A stretch of 38,283 nt of DNA from Seison nebaliae (GCA_023231475.1 JALJEE010002839.1:62001-100283), one strand, 5' to 3'; positions 23,303-38,217 are shown, counted from the first letter of the stretch. Notes: a model not told the origin generated them from the letters alone. Numbers and translations: made by a program.

Positions 23303-26300
23303 ATGAATACTTATGGGTTATTGTTATGGAAGAATTGGTTGTTTGCCAAACGACATCCATTCTTAACCATCTGCCAACTCATTCTGCCGTTAATCTTACC
23401 CATCTTCATTCTCTATGTTGCTCGTACCATCTTTGAAGTGGAGGATATTGAAGCAACCCACTTTTCTACTTTTTCATCGACCCCTAAAGTTGTTCGCACT
23501 ACCGCCCTTGCTTTCGTCCCATCGACTGATCGAACTGTGATAGAAATAATGAAAATTGCTGAAAAGAATTTGAATTTTCCCCGTTTGACTGGTTTCAAAA
23601 CGGAGAAGGATTTAGAAGAATTCTTCCTCGTCAGTAACATCAGTCAACAGTATTATGGAGCAGTCGTCTTCGACAACGAGTGGAAGAAGACGAATGATAA
23701 ATTTAAAATTCATTACAAAATTCGATTACCTGCATCTCGATCAAATATTCAAAATTATTGGCAAAGTGAAAGAATTACTGAATTTGAAGTGACTCAAGGT
23801 CCGCGCAATCCGGGCAGTCCGAGTGGGGGATCGCCTGATTATTTTAAAAGTAATTTCATTCCAATTCAAATGATTATCGATCATTCGATTTTGGAGTTTA
23901 TAGAACTTCATCCACCTCCTATTAATATAAAAGTTAATCGATTCGAATATCCTAATTATCGGTCTGATTATCTACCAACACTTCTCCTTTATCAACTACC
24001 AATGATATTAGTTATCTCTTATGTGTTTGTTGTGAGTATAGCAACGAAAGAGATTTGTTATGAGAAACAAAGAGGTTTACGTGAAATGTTGAGATTATAC
24101 GGCGTCACTACTAAAATTCAATGGGCCGCTTATTTCGTGAAGATATTCATCATTTTATTTTTCTGCTCATTAATCATAACAATATTCTTTATGGTTTATT
24201 ATTATTCTTCTTTTAAAATAAATTCTTTATAATTGCATGGAAGCAAACGGAAACGGTAGGAATGGGAAGTACCATCTTTCCCAATACAAGTCCAATAATA
24301 TTCTTCTTCTATCTCTTACTTTATTCAATTTCATCCATAATCTACGTCTTCCTAATGGGAAGTATTTTCTCAAAAGGTTCACTTATTTCTCCATTCTCAA
24401 TTTCTTCTTTCAAATTAATCATCATCAGCAAATACGGCAGCTATCGGTTCAGGTGTCGTTTGGTTCGTTACTTATGTTCCAATCAATTTCATCAATACCA
24501 ATTACGAGAGTATCCCAAAATGGGTTAAATTTTTTCTCTCATTCATTCCCAATATGGCGATGGGATTTGGTGCTCGCATTTTATGTCTATCAGAAGCGAA
24601 TGGTTTTTTTTCATTTATTTAATCATTTTCATATCACAATTCAGATGTGGGAATTCAATGGAGTACACTCAACATTGGTGCAACATTCACTGACGATTAT
24701 TCATTCTCATTATGTCTCTTGATGTTAACAGTCGATTGTATCATTTTATTGATTCTCTCACTTTACATCGATGCGATTAATCCGGGTGAATTTGGTGTAC
24801 CTCAAAAATGGAATTTCCCATTAACAGTTCATTATTATTATTAATTATTCTCAAAAATCTTTTCATTCTCCCATTTCTTCTTATATTTCCTACCTAAAGT
24901 ATATCGGGGATAAAATTCGAAGATTTCGAGAAAAACGGAAATTTCAATCGAAATTTACTTTGATGGATTCTCTCAATATTGAGATTTCTGGTTTGGCTGT
25001 TCATAATCCGATGTTGACACCGGCAAACAAACGAGTTGTCATCGAACAATTTCAAAATAAGAAACAACCAGCCATTGAAATTTCAAATATTTCAAAAGTT
25101 TCATTTTCCAATAATTCAATGACAATTCACTTAATTTGTCAGATATTCAAGAGTAACGACTCGAATAAAAAAGAATTCGTTGCCGTCAATAATTTCTCCC
25201 TACAAATTTTTAGTGGAGAGATCACCGCATTACTAGGACATAATGGTGCGGGTAAAAGTACATTAATCAACATTCTTACTGGAATGTCAACACCGTCGAA
25301 AGGAACAGCCACATATTTCGGTACATACGATTTGTATGAAAATATGAATTCGATCAGAAAATACTTAGGATATTGTCCACAAAAGAATATACTATTCGAT
25401 TATATGACGGTAGAAGATCATTTAAAATTTTTTGCAAAAGTTCCATTTCTTTTATATCTGATGAATTTTATGAGAAGAATTAGTTGAAAGGAAGTGAACA
25501 TGAAACCGATATCCACAAATTACTTGAACGTTTACAATTGAATGATAAACGTGGAAATTTCCCTCGACAATTATCAGGTGGTCAGAAAAGAAAGTTATGT
25601 ATTGGAATCGCTATGACTGGTTATTCGAAAATCATAATTCTTGACGAACCAACTAGTGGAGTTGACAGTACTGCTCGGAAACAAATTTGGCAAATATTGA
25701 GACAAAGAAATGAAGGTTCTTATTATATTATGGAAATTATTCGTTTCCGTTTTACATGATATTATTTCTTTGTTCGATTATTTCAGTAAATTTTAAAATG
25801 TTGATGAATTATTGAATAGGATATTGAACTTTATATGTATGATCATATATTTTTTTTATTAGATGTCACGTTAATTTTAACAACTCATTTTATGGATGAA
25901 GCGGACGCATTAGGCAATAAAATAGCCATAATGGCTAATGGATCATTGAAATGTTTTGGCACGTCGATCTTCCTCAAATCTTTCTATGGAATTGGATATC
26001 ATTTGACTATCAATTCAAACAAACTTCTCTGCAATGGGCAAATGTCGAATGGGAATATGGAGGCAAATAACATCCTCGCGTGGATACAAAGTAAAGAGGG
26101 TGGCATGTTTCCAACGGCGAAACTTGAAACGGTTTTCGGTCAGAAATTCGACTACTTATTACCGAAAGAAGATGCACATGAATATATTGCTGATTTATTG
26201 GAGAGAGTGGAGAATAATAGAAATTTATTAAGTCTGTAAAATTTAAAATATTTTTCTTTTAACTACAACCATTTCTAGGTGTCGGTAGTTATGGTGTGGC

Positions 26301-29259
26301 TATAACGACATTGGAGGAAGTGTTCCTTCGTGCGACGGAAGAAGAAGATGAGAGATTGAAAAAGATGTTAGCGAACGATATTCAAACGGATAATTGTGAA
26401 CGATTAATGAAAAATAAGGCGATTATTCAACAACTGAGTGGAGGTGATGGAAGTAAATTGAAAGGAATTTCTTTGTATCTCTCCCAATTTGGAGCGATCT
26501 TCAAAAAGAATGCATTACATGGATGTCGCAATTGGAGAATTTTATTATTACAAGTGGCAATTCCTGTTACATTTACTCTTCTAGCAATTTATAGTACCTC
26601 CGAATATATGGCAACAAGTTTTCTTTTTTTCAAACTATTAATGACCATTTTTGACCGATTTAGGATGGAAACCTCCTGCATTATACATTGGACCACAGGA
26701 CTATCCGAAAACGTTAATACCAATCCATTTGCAAAGCAAACAAATTCGAACAAGAGAAAGAGATTTCGTTAAAGATAAAATTGTGAAGAAATTGAAAGAG
26801 ACTGCAGCAACGATGAACAACTTTTCCGTTGAACTCACAAATCGTTTTCCCAATTCTGGAATGAATATTCTACAATTGAATGACTATTCACTTGAGGAGA
26901 AATCTTATCGGAAATGTTGGTTAAATAAATCATCCGTCGATAAATATTTGTTATGTGTGGCAAAAGAATATTCGACAGCTGATTATAAGATGTCTCATTT
27001 ATTTGGTTTGGAAATCGCTTATGGAAATAATCAGTTACTTGACATGACAATAAAATTTTCGAATGAATATCTTCATGTACCTCCATTGGCTTTTAATTTC
27101 TTAACGAATTTCCTTTTAAAATTTTATGGGAAAGAAGATTCGTATATCTCGATGGAAATTCATCCATTCGTCATAACTCAGAAAATGGATGACTCGATCG
27201 ACAAATTCGATTTTGTTCAACTTAAAGGATTTCTTATTGCCACTAATTTATTATTTGGATATTCGTTTACTGTCGCCTCCATCATATCGCTGATTGTTAG
27301 TGAGAGAGTATCGAAAGCGAGACATATGCAAATGATTAGTGGTATTCATCCAATAATTTTTTGGGCTGGCACTTTTCTTTGGCATCTCATTTTCGCATTA
27401 CTCAGTGCACTATTAATCATGTTTGTCTTCTATTGGATAGAAGTGGATGCTTATGTTGGAAATGGTCATCGTATATTTTATACAATTCTTCTTTTCACAC
27501 TCTATGCAACTGCAATAATTCCACTCATGTATGTCTTATCTCGACTGTTTAATAATTCCGCTTCTGCCATTGTCCTTCTATCAATTTTCAATACAGTTAC
27601 CGGTCTCGTTAGCATTCTCCTCGTACAAATGTACAATACACCAGGTATGGGATCACAGAAATGGGGTAAGAGATTAGATTTCCTTTTCCTCACTTTCCTC
27701 CCCAATTATGCGTTAGGTGGTGGTCTGATGGACTTTTACAATAATCATCAATTTCTTCAACTTTGTGAAAAGATGATAATATTCAATGCCAATTGTCCAT
27801 TCTTATCATCGCCATGTTGTTCTCAGAATTGTGGAAAACTTTGTTTATTTCAAACTACCAATATAGCCGGATGGAAACGATTAGGTATTGGACGACATTT
27901 CTTATTTCTAGTGATACAAACACTATTATATTTCACCATTTTATGGTTTCTTGAAACGAGTATTTTTGTATTGATACGAAATAAATTCTCGAAAAAATTC
28001 AATTCGATTATCTCAACAATAGTAACCCCAACAAATCTAATATCGATTGCAGTTATTATACTTCATTTTCACATTCTCTTTTCACAAAGAAAATTTCCTT
28101 TTTATTTCAGCGTTACGAAGATGATGATGTGTTGAATGAGAAAAGAATTGTCAAACATTTACATGGCAATCAAATGAAAAATTACGTACTAGTTATTGAT
28201 GGTCTAACGAAGAAGTTTGGGACATTTACCGCCACACACCCATTATATGGTACAGTGAATTATGGTTCTTGTTTCGGTTTGTTGGGTGTCAACGGAGCTG
28301 GTAAGACGACAACATTTGAAATGTTAACTTGTGATTTATCACCAACAAACGGAAATGCTTATATTGATGGAATAAATGTGATAGAGAGAGCGACGGAAGC
28401 ACAAACATTAATAGGATATTGTCCTCAAATTGATGCGATAACTGAAAATTTGACAGGTCGAGAACATTTGACTTTATACTGCCAATTGAGAGGATTGCCG
28501 TCCAATCTCGTTACGTCAACTGTTGAATTCTTAATCGATTTATTGAATCTTAATGATCACGCTAATCGTTATGCGACAACTTATTCGTTAGACTTTTAAA
28601 AAGAAAAAGTTCAATTAAAAATTCTTTCATTATTATTCTCTCCAATTGACAGAGGAGGTAACAAACGTAAATTATCAACTGCCATTGCTCTAGTGGGAAA
28701 TCCAGTGTTATTATTCCTCGATGAACCGACAAGTGGAATGGACGTGGGTGCCAGACGATTTTTATGGAATCTTCTTCAAGATATCAAAAAAGCTGGAAGA
28801 TCTATCGTACTCACCACACATTCGATGGAGGAGAGCGAAGTTCTCTGTGATCGAATAGCAATTATGGTCTCAGGAAAATTTAAGTTTTTTCTCAATTAAA
28901 TTCTATTTAGCTCCTCATACCTCTTTCGCTATAGATGTCTCGGTTCTGTTCAACATCTGAAATCAAAATTTGGTTGTGGTTATAATATCATAGCGAAAAT
29001 GATTGGGCAATCGGAATTAATCGAAAATTTAAAGGAAAACTTCGGTCGTGAGAATATTCATATTCTTAACCAAACTGATCAAGTTGTCGAATTACAAATT
29101 ACCGAATCGAATAACAGACGAATTACACAGGCTCAAATTTTCCGTCATATGAAAATGATCAGCGTTCGGATGAATATCGAGGATTATAATGTTAATCAAC
29201 CAACTCTTGATCAGATATTCCATAGTATGTCCAAGTATCAGAATGAAGAAAACGAATAA
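23303..29259 (+). CDS. ABCA3: Full-length ABCA-subfamily lipid transporter (ABCA3-like), about 1744 aa; introns 24194-24243, 24377-24428, 24603-24644, 24827-24899, 25098-25142, 25440-25483, 25716-25862, 26232-26278, 26618-26663, 28052-28110, 28587-28652, 28884-28934
   Basis: N-terminal LLLWKNW. NBD1 has [41 protein letters not shown]2 has [47 protein letters not shown] and PTLDQIF motifs are present. Spliced length is 5235 nt in frame. The ABCA3 assignment (versus another ABCA) is by recalled similarity. Confidence 0.92.
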
Positions 29260-30381
29260 TTTTATTAATTTATTATAATTTTGTTCATAAGAAGAAATAA
29301 ATATTTTTTCTCAATATCTACCAGTATATGTTCACTTGGAAACTTAAGTCTTTTACCCTTCAATAAAACATTAAGATTAAAATTTTCTAAAGTTCTAAAC
29401 ACAAGATTAATTGTCGATGGAAATTTATCCGGAAATATTTCAGTCGACTACAGTCTGAAATCGTCTAGAAGAATGTCGTCTATGAGTGAAAGATGTAAGA
29501 ACTAGAGATGAAATTTTTTTTCAAATGAAACTTTTAATAAATAAATTTTCAAATTTTTATCTTACTCAATTATTTTCTTCTAAATAATTGAATATTCAAA
29601 TCAAATGTCTTCCGTCCAATTGTGAGAGAACTAACAATTTCGTCGCGATTTTTTCTATCCACATTAAATTTAAAGATTAGTATAAATATTTAAGTGAAGT
29701 GAGAATTTCTTATAATTCTCATACATCAATCAGTGGAATAAACAACCACTAGGTAATCCATCATATTACCAGAAATGGAAGACGATAATGTGGAGCTTTT
29801 ATTTCAAACAATATCTTTTCTTTTTTTAAATTAGCCTCCTGACATTTCGGGATGACATGTGGCTCATGGTTATTTGAAATTTAGTTCGAGATATTTCAAA
29901 ATCCATTTGCTCCCTTTGTAATAAAAGTTTTTTTCAATTTCAATCTTTCCTCAACTAGTTCCTTATTTTTCTTCCTCAATCTATTATTTTGTTCAATTCC
30001 AAACATTTTTTAAATAAATGTAAGTAGAACGTATAGTTTATGGTTTTTAAGTAACGGAATACATTTTTACTTTATTTCTTAAAACTTTTTTTTTTAATTT
30101 TTTTCAAATTTTTTTAATTTATTATTTTTTACTTTCAATTTAAAAAAAGAAAGATTTTATTCAGATACAAATTTCTGTATATTAGCTTTTTTGGTTTAAG
30201 TGGTTTTTTTATTGTGATTAATTTCTCTCATTTTCCCAATAGTTACCATTGTTATTCGAAAGACATTTTCCTACGAATTTTCATTTTAAATTTATTCGGA
30301 AAATTTGAATAGATTTAAAGAAAAATTTTAATAAATTTAACAATTGCATCGAGTGATGAGAAGAATAATTTGAGAGAAGAC

Positions 30382-33300
30382 ATGGAAGGAACAGAAGAGC
30401 GTTTCAACGCTCTCTTATCCAACTCTTTATCGTTGAGTGAGAAATTGGAGTGTGTGACGGAATTGAAAGAAATGACGATCGATCGGAATTATGTTCAAGA
30501 AGCGAGATTACAAATTCAGAAAATTATTATGGACGTTCCCGTCGTGAATTGTTTGGAAACGATGGAACATATTTGTCGTCGTTCTCTCTTCGAACTCTTT
30601 TCCAGTACAGTGTTGGCGGAATTGCATATGTATCCAGAACATACCGTGAATATTTGGACGGAAGTTACAGCGTTTCTCTTGACTGCTCTCCAATATGAAT
30701 TCGACGAATTAGGAATGGTTGTTGTGAAATTTTTGAGAGATCATTTACTTCGAGCGAAATGCACTTACGAATTACTTCTATTACAACGCGATTTCTTTAA
30801 ATTGGTTCATGACCGAGTGACAGATATGGTACGTGAATTCGAACATTTCGAAGCACATGGCGATGGAATATGTGCCGATCATCAACAAACGACAAGTAGT
30901 CGACGAACGATTCCGATAGTAAGAAATGCAGAAGATTTACAGAAACTTGTCATTTTTTTGCCAACGGTCATCGAAATTGATTTGAAAGATGGCGATCTAG
31001 CATCGATCCTTCATTTCATTTTCAAACAAAATAATCCAGCTTCAATAGAATTATTGAAAAAGATGAATTCAAATGAGAACGATCGAATTCATTGTACAAT
31101 TCTTCCACTTTTCGTACGTTCATTAAGATCATTTCCTGAATTTATGAGTTGTCTACCACCGACCGCTCGAATCTTCCGTGATGCATCAAGTCAACTCAAT
31201 CAATGTGTTATGACAATTCGAGAGTATCAGACGAAAATTGATCAGATAACGACGAAAGGAAATCGTTCGTCAATGAGTGGAGAACATTCGGGTGATGCGA
31301 CAAAACAACAAATGGACCCGAAAGACGAACAAGAATGTAAACGATGTAATGAGATAATTATTCGAAATGGACGATTACAAAACAATTTAACTGAAGTACG
31401 CAAATTTGCCTCTCATTATTTGAGTAATGGAGTGAAATGTCTCCTCCAAATTTTACATTTACATCCATATGATTTCGCTCTCAATTTATCACAAATGTCG
31501 TTGAATGTGAAAGTTTTGAATGGAAATATTTTAGTTGAATTGGTGAGTATTATGATGCGAGCAACATTCATCCTCTCTAATCTATTACAAGTACGACCAG
31601 CAGATTATGATATTCGATTATATTATTGGTTTGCACAAGAGACACTCATCAGATTAAAATGGTCAATCAGATATGTGACCAATTATGAATTACGACAAGT
31701 TCTACGACAATTCATCATAACACGCGCTTTCTTCGCTTTACATGACAATTATTCATTACAACAATTACCATCGAAGTTTGAAGTGAGTGTAGAATTTAAT
31801 GGACGATCAATGGGTTTCAGTGAAATGATCAATTCAATCCATTTCGAAGTAACGGAATCGCGAAAACAGAGAATATTATCGATGAAACGAAAAGATTTCA
31901 AGGAAGCAGCAAGTAATCATGTGTCCATCTTATATAAAACAGATTTGGTAGTTTTAATAATTTTCCGATTTGCAACAGAAAATGGAAATTCACTTTCACA
32001 AAAAGCGAAAGATGATGGAAATGAATTGAAGATAATTTTGAAGAATCAAGCAGCATTCCAATTTTGCATCTTTGAAGAAATCGATTTCATTTTCGATCTA
32101 CTTCATAATAAATCCACTAATGATTTCGATATGGAAAATGATCCATTAACTCTTCGCAATCGAGATCGATATAATATTTATGATATAGCCGCCACAACGG
32201 AATTAGTTCAAATGATCGACACATTAGATTTAATCAAGAATACACTCTTCCAGAATCTACAAATAACAAGTAATTTGTATAGTGGGCGATTGGGGAGTAA
32301 TAGTGGGGGAGATCGGAGGAATGAAAAAGAAGCATTCGATCAAGTGGCGAGTGGTCTCTTTTATCGACAATATCTCGTTCATATAGTTCCCGTAAGACGA
32401 TTATTTTCTTTCATTAAAATGATCTTCTTTTTCATTCATCATAATAATTTCAATTATTATGGATCGTTAGTAAAAGCTATTCAATTATTACCTCAAATCA
32501 TCGCTCTTCATTCACTTCCATCTGATGTTAATTGTTATTCTTTATTGTCAATGAAAACATCATTCGTTCTACAATATGGAACTGAATTATGTATTTCCAT
32601 CAATGATTTATATCCGAAAACACAAGTGGATATATCATCGAAAATTATCGTTAATTTATTACAGGAGAATTATGATATTAGACATCTACGTCGTCAACAA
32701 GAGGCATCAATTCGACAAATGTTATTTTCAACTTTATCAAATGCAGAAGATTTGATCGAAGCCACAATCATGAAAAATCGACAAGTGATTAATGTGTTGA
32801 AAGAAAGTGGAAATGAGAGAATTGGCAAATATGAAATAAATGAATTCCATCCATCCATTGATGATGGTGATGGTGATAATTATTCTATCGATATTCCAAT
32901 GACGGAATTGATGAGAGAAATGAATAAAGAATTCAGTTTCTCCTATTTATTCTTATCAACATTATCTCGTCTCGAATCGAATGTGACTAAAGAGGAATTA
33001 GAAAATTTAGATACGAATACGGTAATGGAATCAGAAATTTTCGATCGTTTCAGTTGTTCTTTAATTCGAATTGTCGATATTAAAATTATGATAAATTATG
33101 TCAATTTGACATTGAATCACATTTTCTTCAGTACGACGAAATTGGATTCGAATGCTGAAAAAACAAAATTCCTCACTTGTTCCAACAAATTCGGTTATGG
33201 TATTGAACGACCGAATATCGATGAGATTGTGACAACGTTCAAACCGAATAATATGCAATTATTCGATTTGCCCATGTTCAATGAACATGAAGCGGAATTG

Positions 33301-34570
33301 TTATCAAAATTCTTCCAATCAGCTTGTATGGTTTTAGAGACGTATATGGAAATCGATATTCTTTTAAAGAAACGAGGAAAGAATCCATATAATTCGGATG
33401 TATTGGAAGAGATTCTCAATTATCGACATATTGAAGCATGTCTAACGATTTTAACAGATATTCTCAGATCGATTTCACCTCATGCATTATTACTAATTTT
33501 AAATTCATTCATTCCATGGTTAATGAGACGAATTGAAAATTATAAAGATTCTCCATTATTACCAAGTGGATATTCGGTTCCCGTTTTCCTCTTCAAACAA
33601 TTCTTTCTCGTCTCACATATCAATGGATGTATCATCGAACATGTATTGAGTGAATTGATGGAGAGAATGCATTATCTGGGAAGGAATGATAATCAATTGG
33701 CAGAACAATATCTTCGTTTATGTAAATATATTTATGTAACATTATTGGGACAAACACCACCATATATTCAACCAGGAAACAATAAAGATATGATTAGTGA
33801 AGTGATAATGGAATCACATCTTCATTCTGTCATATGTAATGCCATCGAATTGTCATTAATATCGAATGAACCGTCAAGATATTTCTTAATGTTAAGATCA
33901 TTATTCAGATCGATCGGTTCAGGACAACATGAACGTCTTTATCAGAATTTTCTTCCTCTATTACCCATCATTCTCCAATTTCTTAATTGTCTCCAATCCA
34001 CTTGTATTCGTGCACCGTTACATGAATTATGTGTTGAATTATGTTTGACCGTTCCCGTCAGATTATCATCATTATTACCATATTTATCATTGTTAATGGG
34101 TCCATTATCAGCAGCATTATTCTCTTCAGGTACGTTGGAAAGTCAAGGAATTCGGACATTGGAATTGTGTGTGGATAATTTACATTCGGAATATTTCATC
34201 GAACATATTCAACCGATTAAAACTGAATTACTTTTCGCTCTCTACAAATTGATTGTTCATGCACCAACTCTTCTCGCAAATAGTGCATTGAAGATTCTGG
34301 GGAAATTGGGAGGTATGAATCGGGAAGGATCGATCTATAACGCTGAATTCCAACCATCCAATTTAGCAGCCGGTCAAGTGAAATGTCAACTTCATTTAAG
34401 ACAATTTCTCTACAAAAACGATATAGCTGCTACTCTTCGAGAGAACGTTGAGAATAATGCACATCTCAAGAAATTTTTAGATGATAAAGAGAAAGAGAAA
34501 TTAGAAGCAAAAAAGAAAGAAGCTGAAGAAATGGCGGCAGCAAATGTCGATAATATTACTAAAGAGAATG

Positions 34571-34603
<33 letters not shown>

Positions 34604-37600
34604 CTAAAAAGAAAACGAAAAAATCGAGTAAGAAACCGGTTACAAAGAAAAAAACATCGGCTAAAAAGAAAAATCCAAAAAGTCAATCAGATAACGTTAC
34701 GAAAGAAACTGATGAAAAAAATAAAGATAAATTGACTAATAATCAAATTTCAACAACAACAACATCATCAACAACACCAACTACGACGACAACGAATGTT
34801 GTTAAAGGAACGAAAGGAGGTCGAGCAACTAAAACTAAAACAACAACAACAACAACCGGTTCTTCAGGTACAAAACAAAAATCTACTAATTCTACTTCAA
34901 CAACAACAACACCAGCGCCAGTTGTCGGATATCGTCATTCGACGAGAGTGCACAAAGTTCCAAAATTGTATAATGATATGATAATTGATCAACATTATAT
35001 GAAGATTCCGAAACAGCCGAAAACGCCAAAACCAGCAGTAACAACAAAGAAACGACGAAGTTCTTCCACCAAATCCTCCACCAAATCCACCACAACCAAA
35101 ACAACTAAAAGTACGAAAACATCAACAACAACACCAACATCATCAATAACAAAAACAACAAAAAAAGGAACAACAGCTACATCGAAATCCAATTCAACAA
35201 CAGCAACAACAACAGCAACAATAACAACCACAACAACAGCTGCAACAACAGCAACAACAACAATGACAAATTCAAAAAGTCCAAAAATGACGACGACGAC
35301 GACGACGACAACAACAACAACAACATTAAATAGTAAAAGAGACAAAATATCGACGATGTTATCAAATATGAGATTTAAACAGAATCATTGTTCACGTAAA
35401 TCGATAATTTATGAGATTCATGATCCATATCAGATATCCATTTCTTTCGATCAATTATTGGAAACGGCTTTATTCATGATAGAGAAGAGTCGACATTATG
35501 ATCTCATCAATCATTCATTTAACATTGTCAAACGTTTCCTCATTTCCGTTATGACGACTGCCACACGTTGTCTCTTACCACATCAACAGTTATTGGATGA
35601 TGTTTGGAATGACCAAGAGAATCTCTCTCGATTACAAACGAATATTTCACAACTTTATCAATCTATCGATTTCGCTGCCATCGAACATCGTCTCCATTTG
35701 CAGATACCAGAATTGTTGACGGATAATATCCGTCTCAGATATCGATCTGATGTGATGAGAGAGAATATTCTCAAATCTCTCATTGCCATTTGTTCTCACA
35801 GTCGGAAGAGGAATCAGGTGAAAAGTGAATCAGAAAATTGTACGAGAATTTTTCGTCATTTCATTTTCCTTCTCTTTATTGAAGATGTTCACAAGTTGTT
35901 AAATCTCGTCGCTTATTCTCCATCTGATGATTCATTTCAAGTGTTGATGGAACTCCCACAATTTAACGCTTCCGCTGTTGTTGTGACGAATGCCATCGCT
36001 TATTGTTTCGGTTCATGGAATGAAATCGAACATCATAGTGGAAAGGCATATCTTTTCTTCTTTATTGATCATATTCAGAAATTCCTCAATAATGACATCT
36101 CCACCATCATCAAATGTGAATCGATCATTCATCTTTGTGATCGTTTCATTGAAATGTGTTATGATCCATGTTGGCGTAATAAAAGTGGTGGTAATAGTGC
36201 ATTGGAGCAGATTTGGATACGATTACCAGTCGATTGGACACTCATTCATTTATCCGCCATTTTATCTGCACATCTCCATTCGTTATTCGAGAGTGATAAT
36301 GAATTGAATGCGGGCGGTGCAAATCGTGTGCATAAAATGATCAAATTATTATTATCGAAAATTGTGAAGCATTTGAAAGTGAAGAAACTTTTCATTTATC
36401 TCTTAGATGATAGTCGTCATTCCAATTTATCATATGAATCAAATGGAAATGATGTTGATATGACAATAAATGATGATCATCATAAATCATTATTAACAAT
36501 TCGCTATATTCATTTATATGGTAATCATATTCATCCAATCTCTTCCACTTGTCCTTTCTCATCCAATCATGACATGACACAATCATGTGATTTGATCCAT
36601 TCATCAGATCTCGATGAAAATATGATGAAGAGACAAAAGAAAGAATTGAAACATTTCTTTCATATTCTCATCACGTCTCTTTTCTCCATGTCGGCTCATG
36701 TGAGAATGTGTGCACAAGAATGTGTTGAATATTTAGCGAATTATTTGAACGTTCCTCTCATCATGTTATTGATGGAATATGAACAATTATTAGTGAACGA
36801 TTATCTCTTTGGACTTCATCAAAATATCATTTTTATGAATTCCGTTGAGAAATTCTCTTTTCTTTCTTCTTTCCATTTCTGTGCATTATATCAAAAAGAG
36901 TATCATGATAAATTGATAAGGGAGAAAATTAATTTGTTAAATCGTCTTACCAAATTCATTCACCAACATTCCATAACCGTTCCACAAATTCTCGAACGAT
37001 TCAAATATAATTCTACTCGTCCTCTCTCCCAATTATTGGAGAATGTCAACATCTCCTCCATATCATCACCATCGTCATCATCGAAGATTAATCCATTTGA
37101 AACGTTTGGAATTGAATGGCAAATTATAGATAGATTGTCAATTATTGACAAGTTGTTAGAGCGAATTCAATTAATAAGAATTTCATATAATTTCGATATT
37201 TCTGATTTTATGTCGAATAAAATTTCAAATTCCTCCAACGAAAACAATCTTCCCATTAATTCCATCATTGATTCTTCAAAAACGATTTCTACTCATCAAA
37301 TCAATTTGGATAATGAGAAGAATGAATCATTTAAATTAACGAATTATCATCATCAAGATTCAAATAAATTTCCATTTAAGAATGAAAAGAAAAATTTATC
37401 AAATAATATGTCATTCTATAATATCAATAATGTATTGAATGCAACTGGTGAGAGTAGAATTATTGTCGATTCCGATCGAAATCGACATATTGATGATTCT
37501 TTAAAATTTCGTGGGAAATTTCTGGTGGAACATGTTTTATGGTTAATTCGACGTCTCTATCAATTCACTTCATCGATCGATGATGATGAACCGAATTGTT

Positions 37601-38164
37601 TCTCACAATTCATCTCCACTTCCAAAAACAATATTAACGAGAGAACAACATTTAAATCAGCTTCCGATACGGAATTAGTAACATCGTCAATTTCGAATAA
37701 TTTGACAAGAATTCATCTTCGATCAACAAATGGTGGAACGAGAACATCTGAATCAGTTTCTCAGACGTATTGTACCGGCAGTTCCACCACCGTCAAATTT
37801 CGACGATCGAGTTATTGTCGTTCTTATTGTAAGAATTGTTTATCGTTTTCATCGAATTCTTATCGTCAAAATTTGAAATCATCATCATCATCATCATCAT
37901 CTAAACATCAATTCACTTTGTCCGCACAACAAGTCCAATTGATCACTGCAGCAATTCGATTATTAGCTGTGTTGCCATTGAGGAGATATTATAGTTCGGA
38001 AGATATTATTCGATTATCATCAGATGAACTTCATAATTTTAGTGGAACGAAAAACGATATGAATGACACGGAAAATTTGACAACATATCTCAATCCATTA
38101 GAATCCGATGATTTATCGAATGCCAATAACATTTTTAATTATCATTCATCTGACCAGAATATTC

Positions 38165-38217
<53 letters not shown>

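Noticed and set aside
26828..26896. Possible extra in-frame intron in the second ABCA extracellular domain
   Set aside because: It would need a GAG acceptor, and the region is naturally variable, so there is no evidence that it is removed.
34995..35365. Minus-strand poly-Val/poly-Leu ORFs
   Set aside because: Antisense reading of the ACA/ACG repeats within TRRAP.
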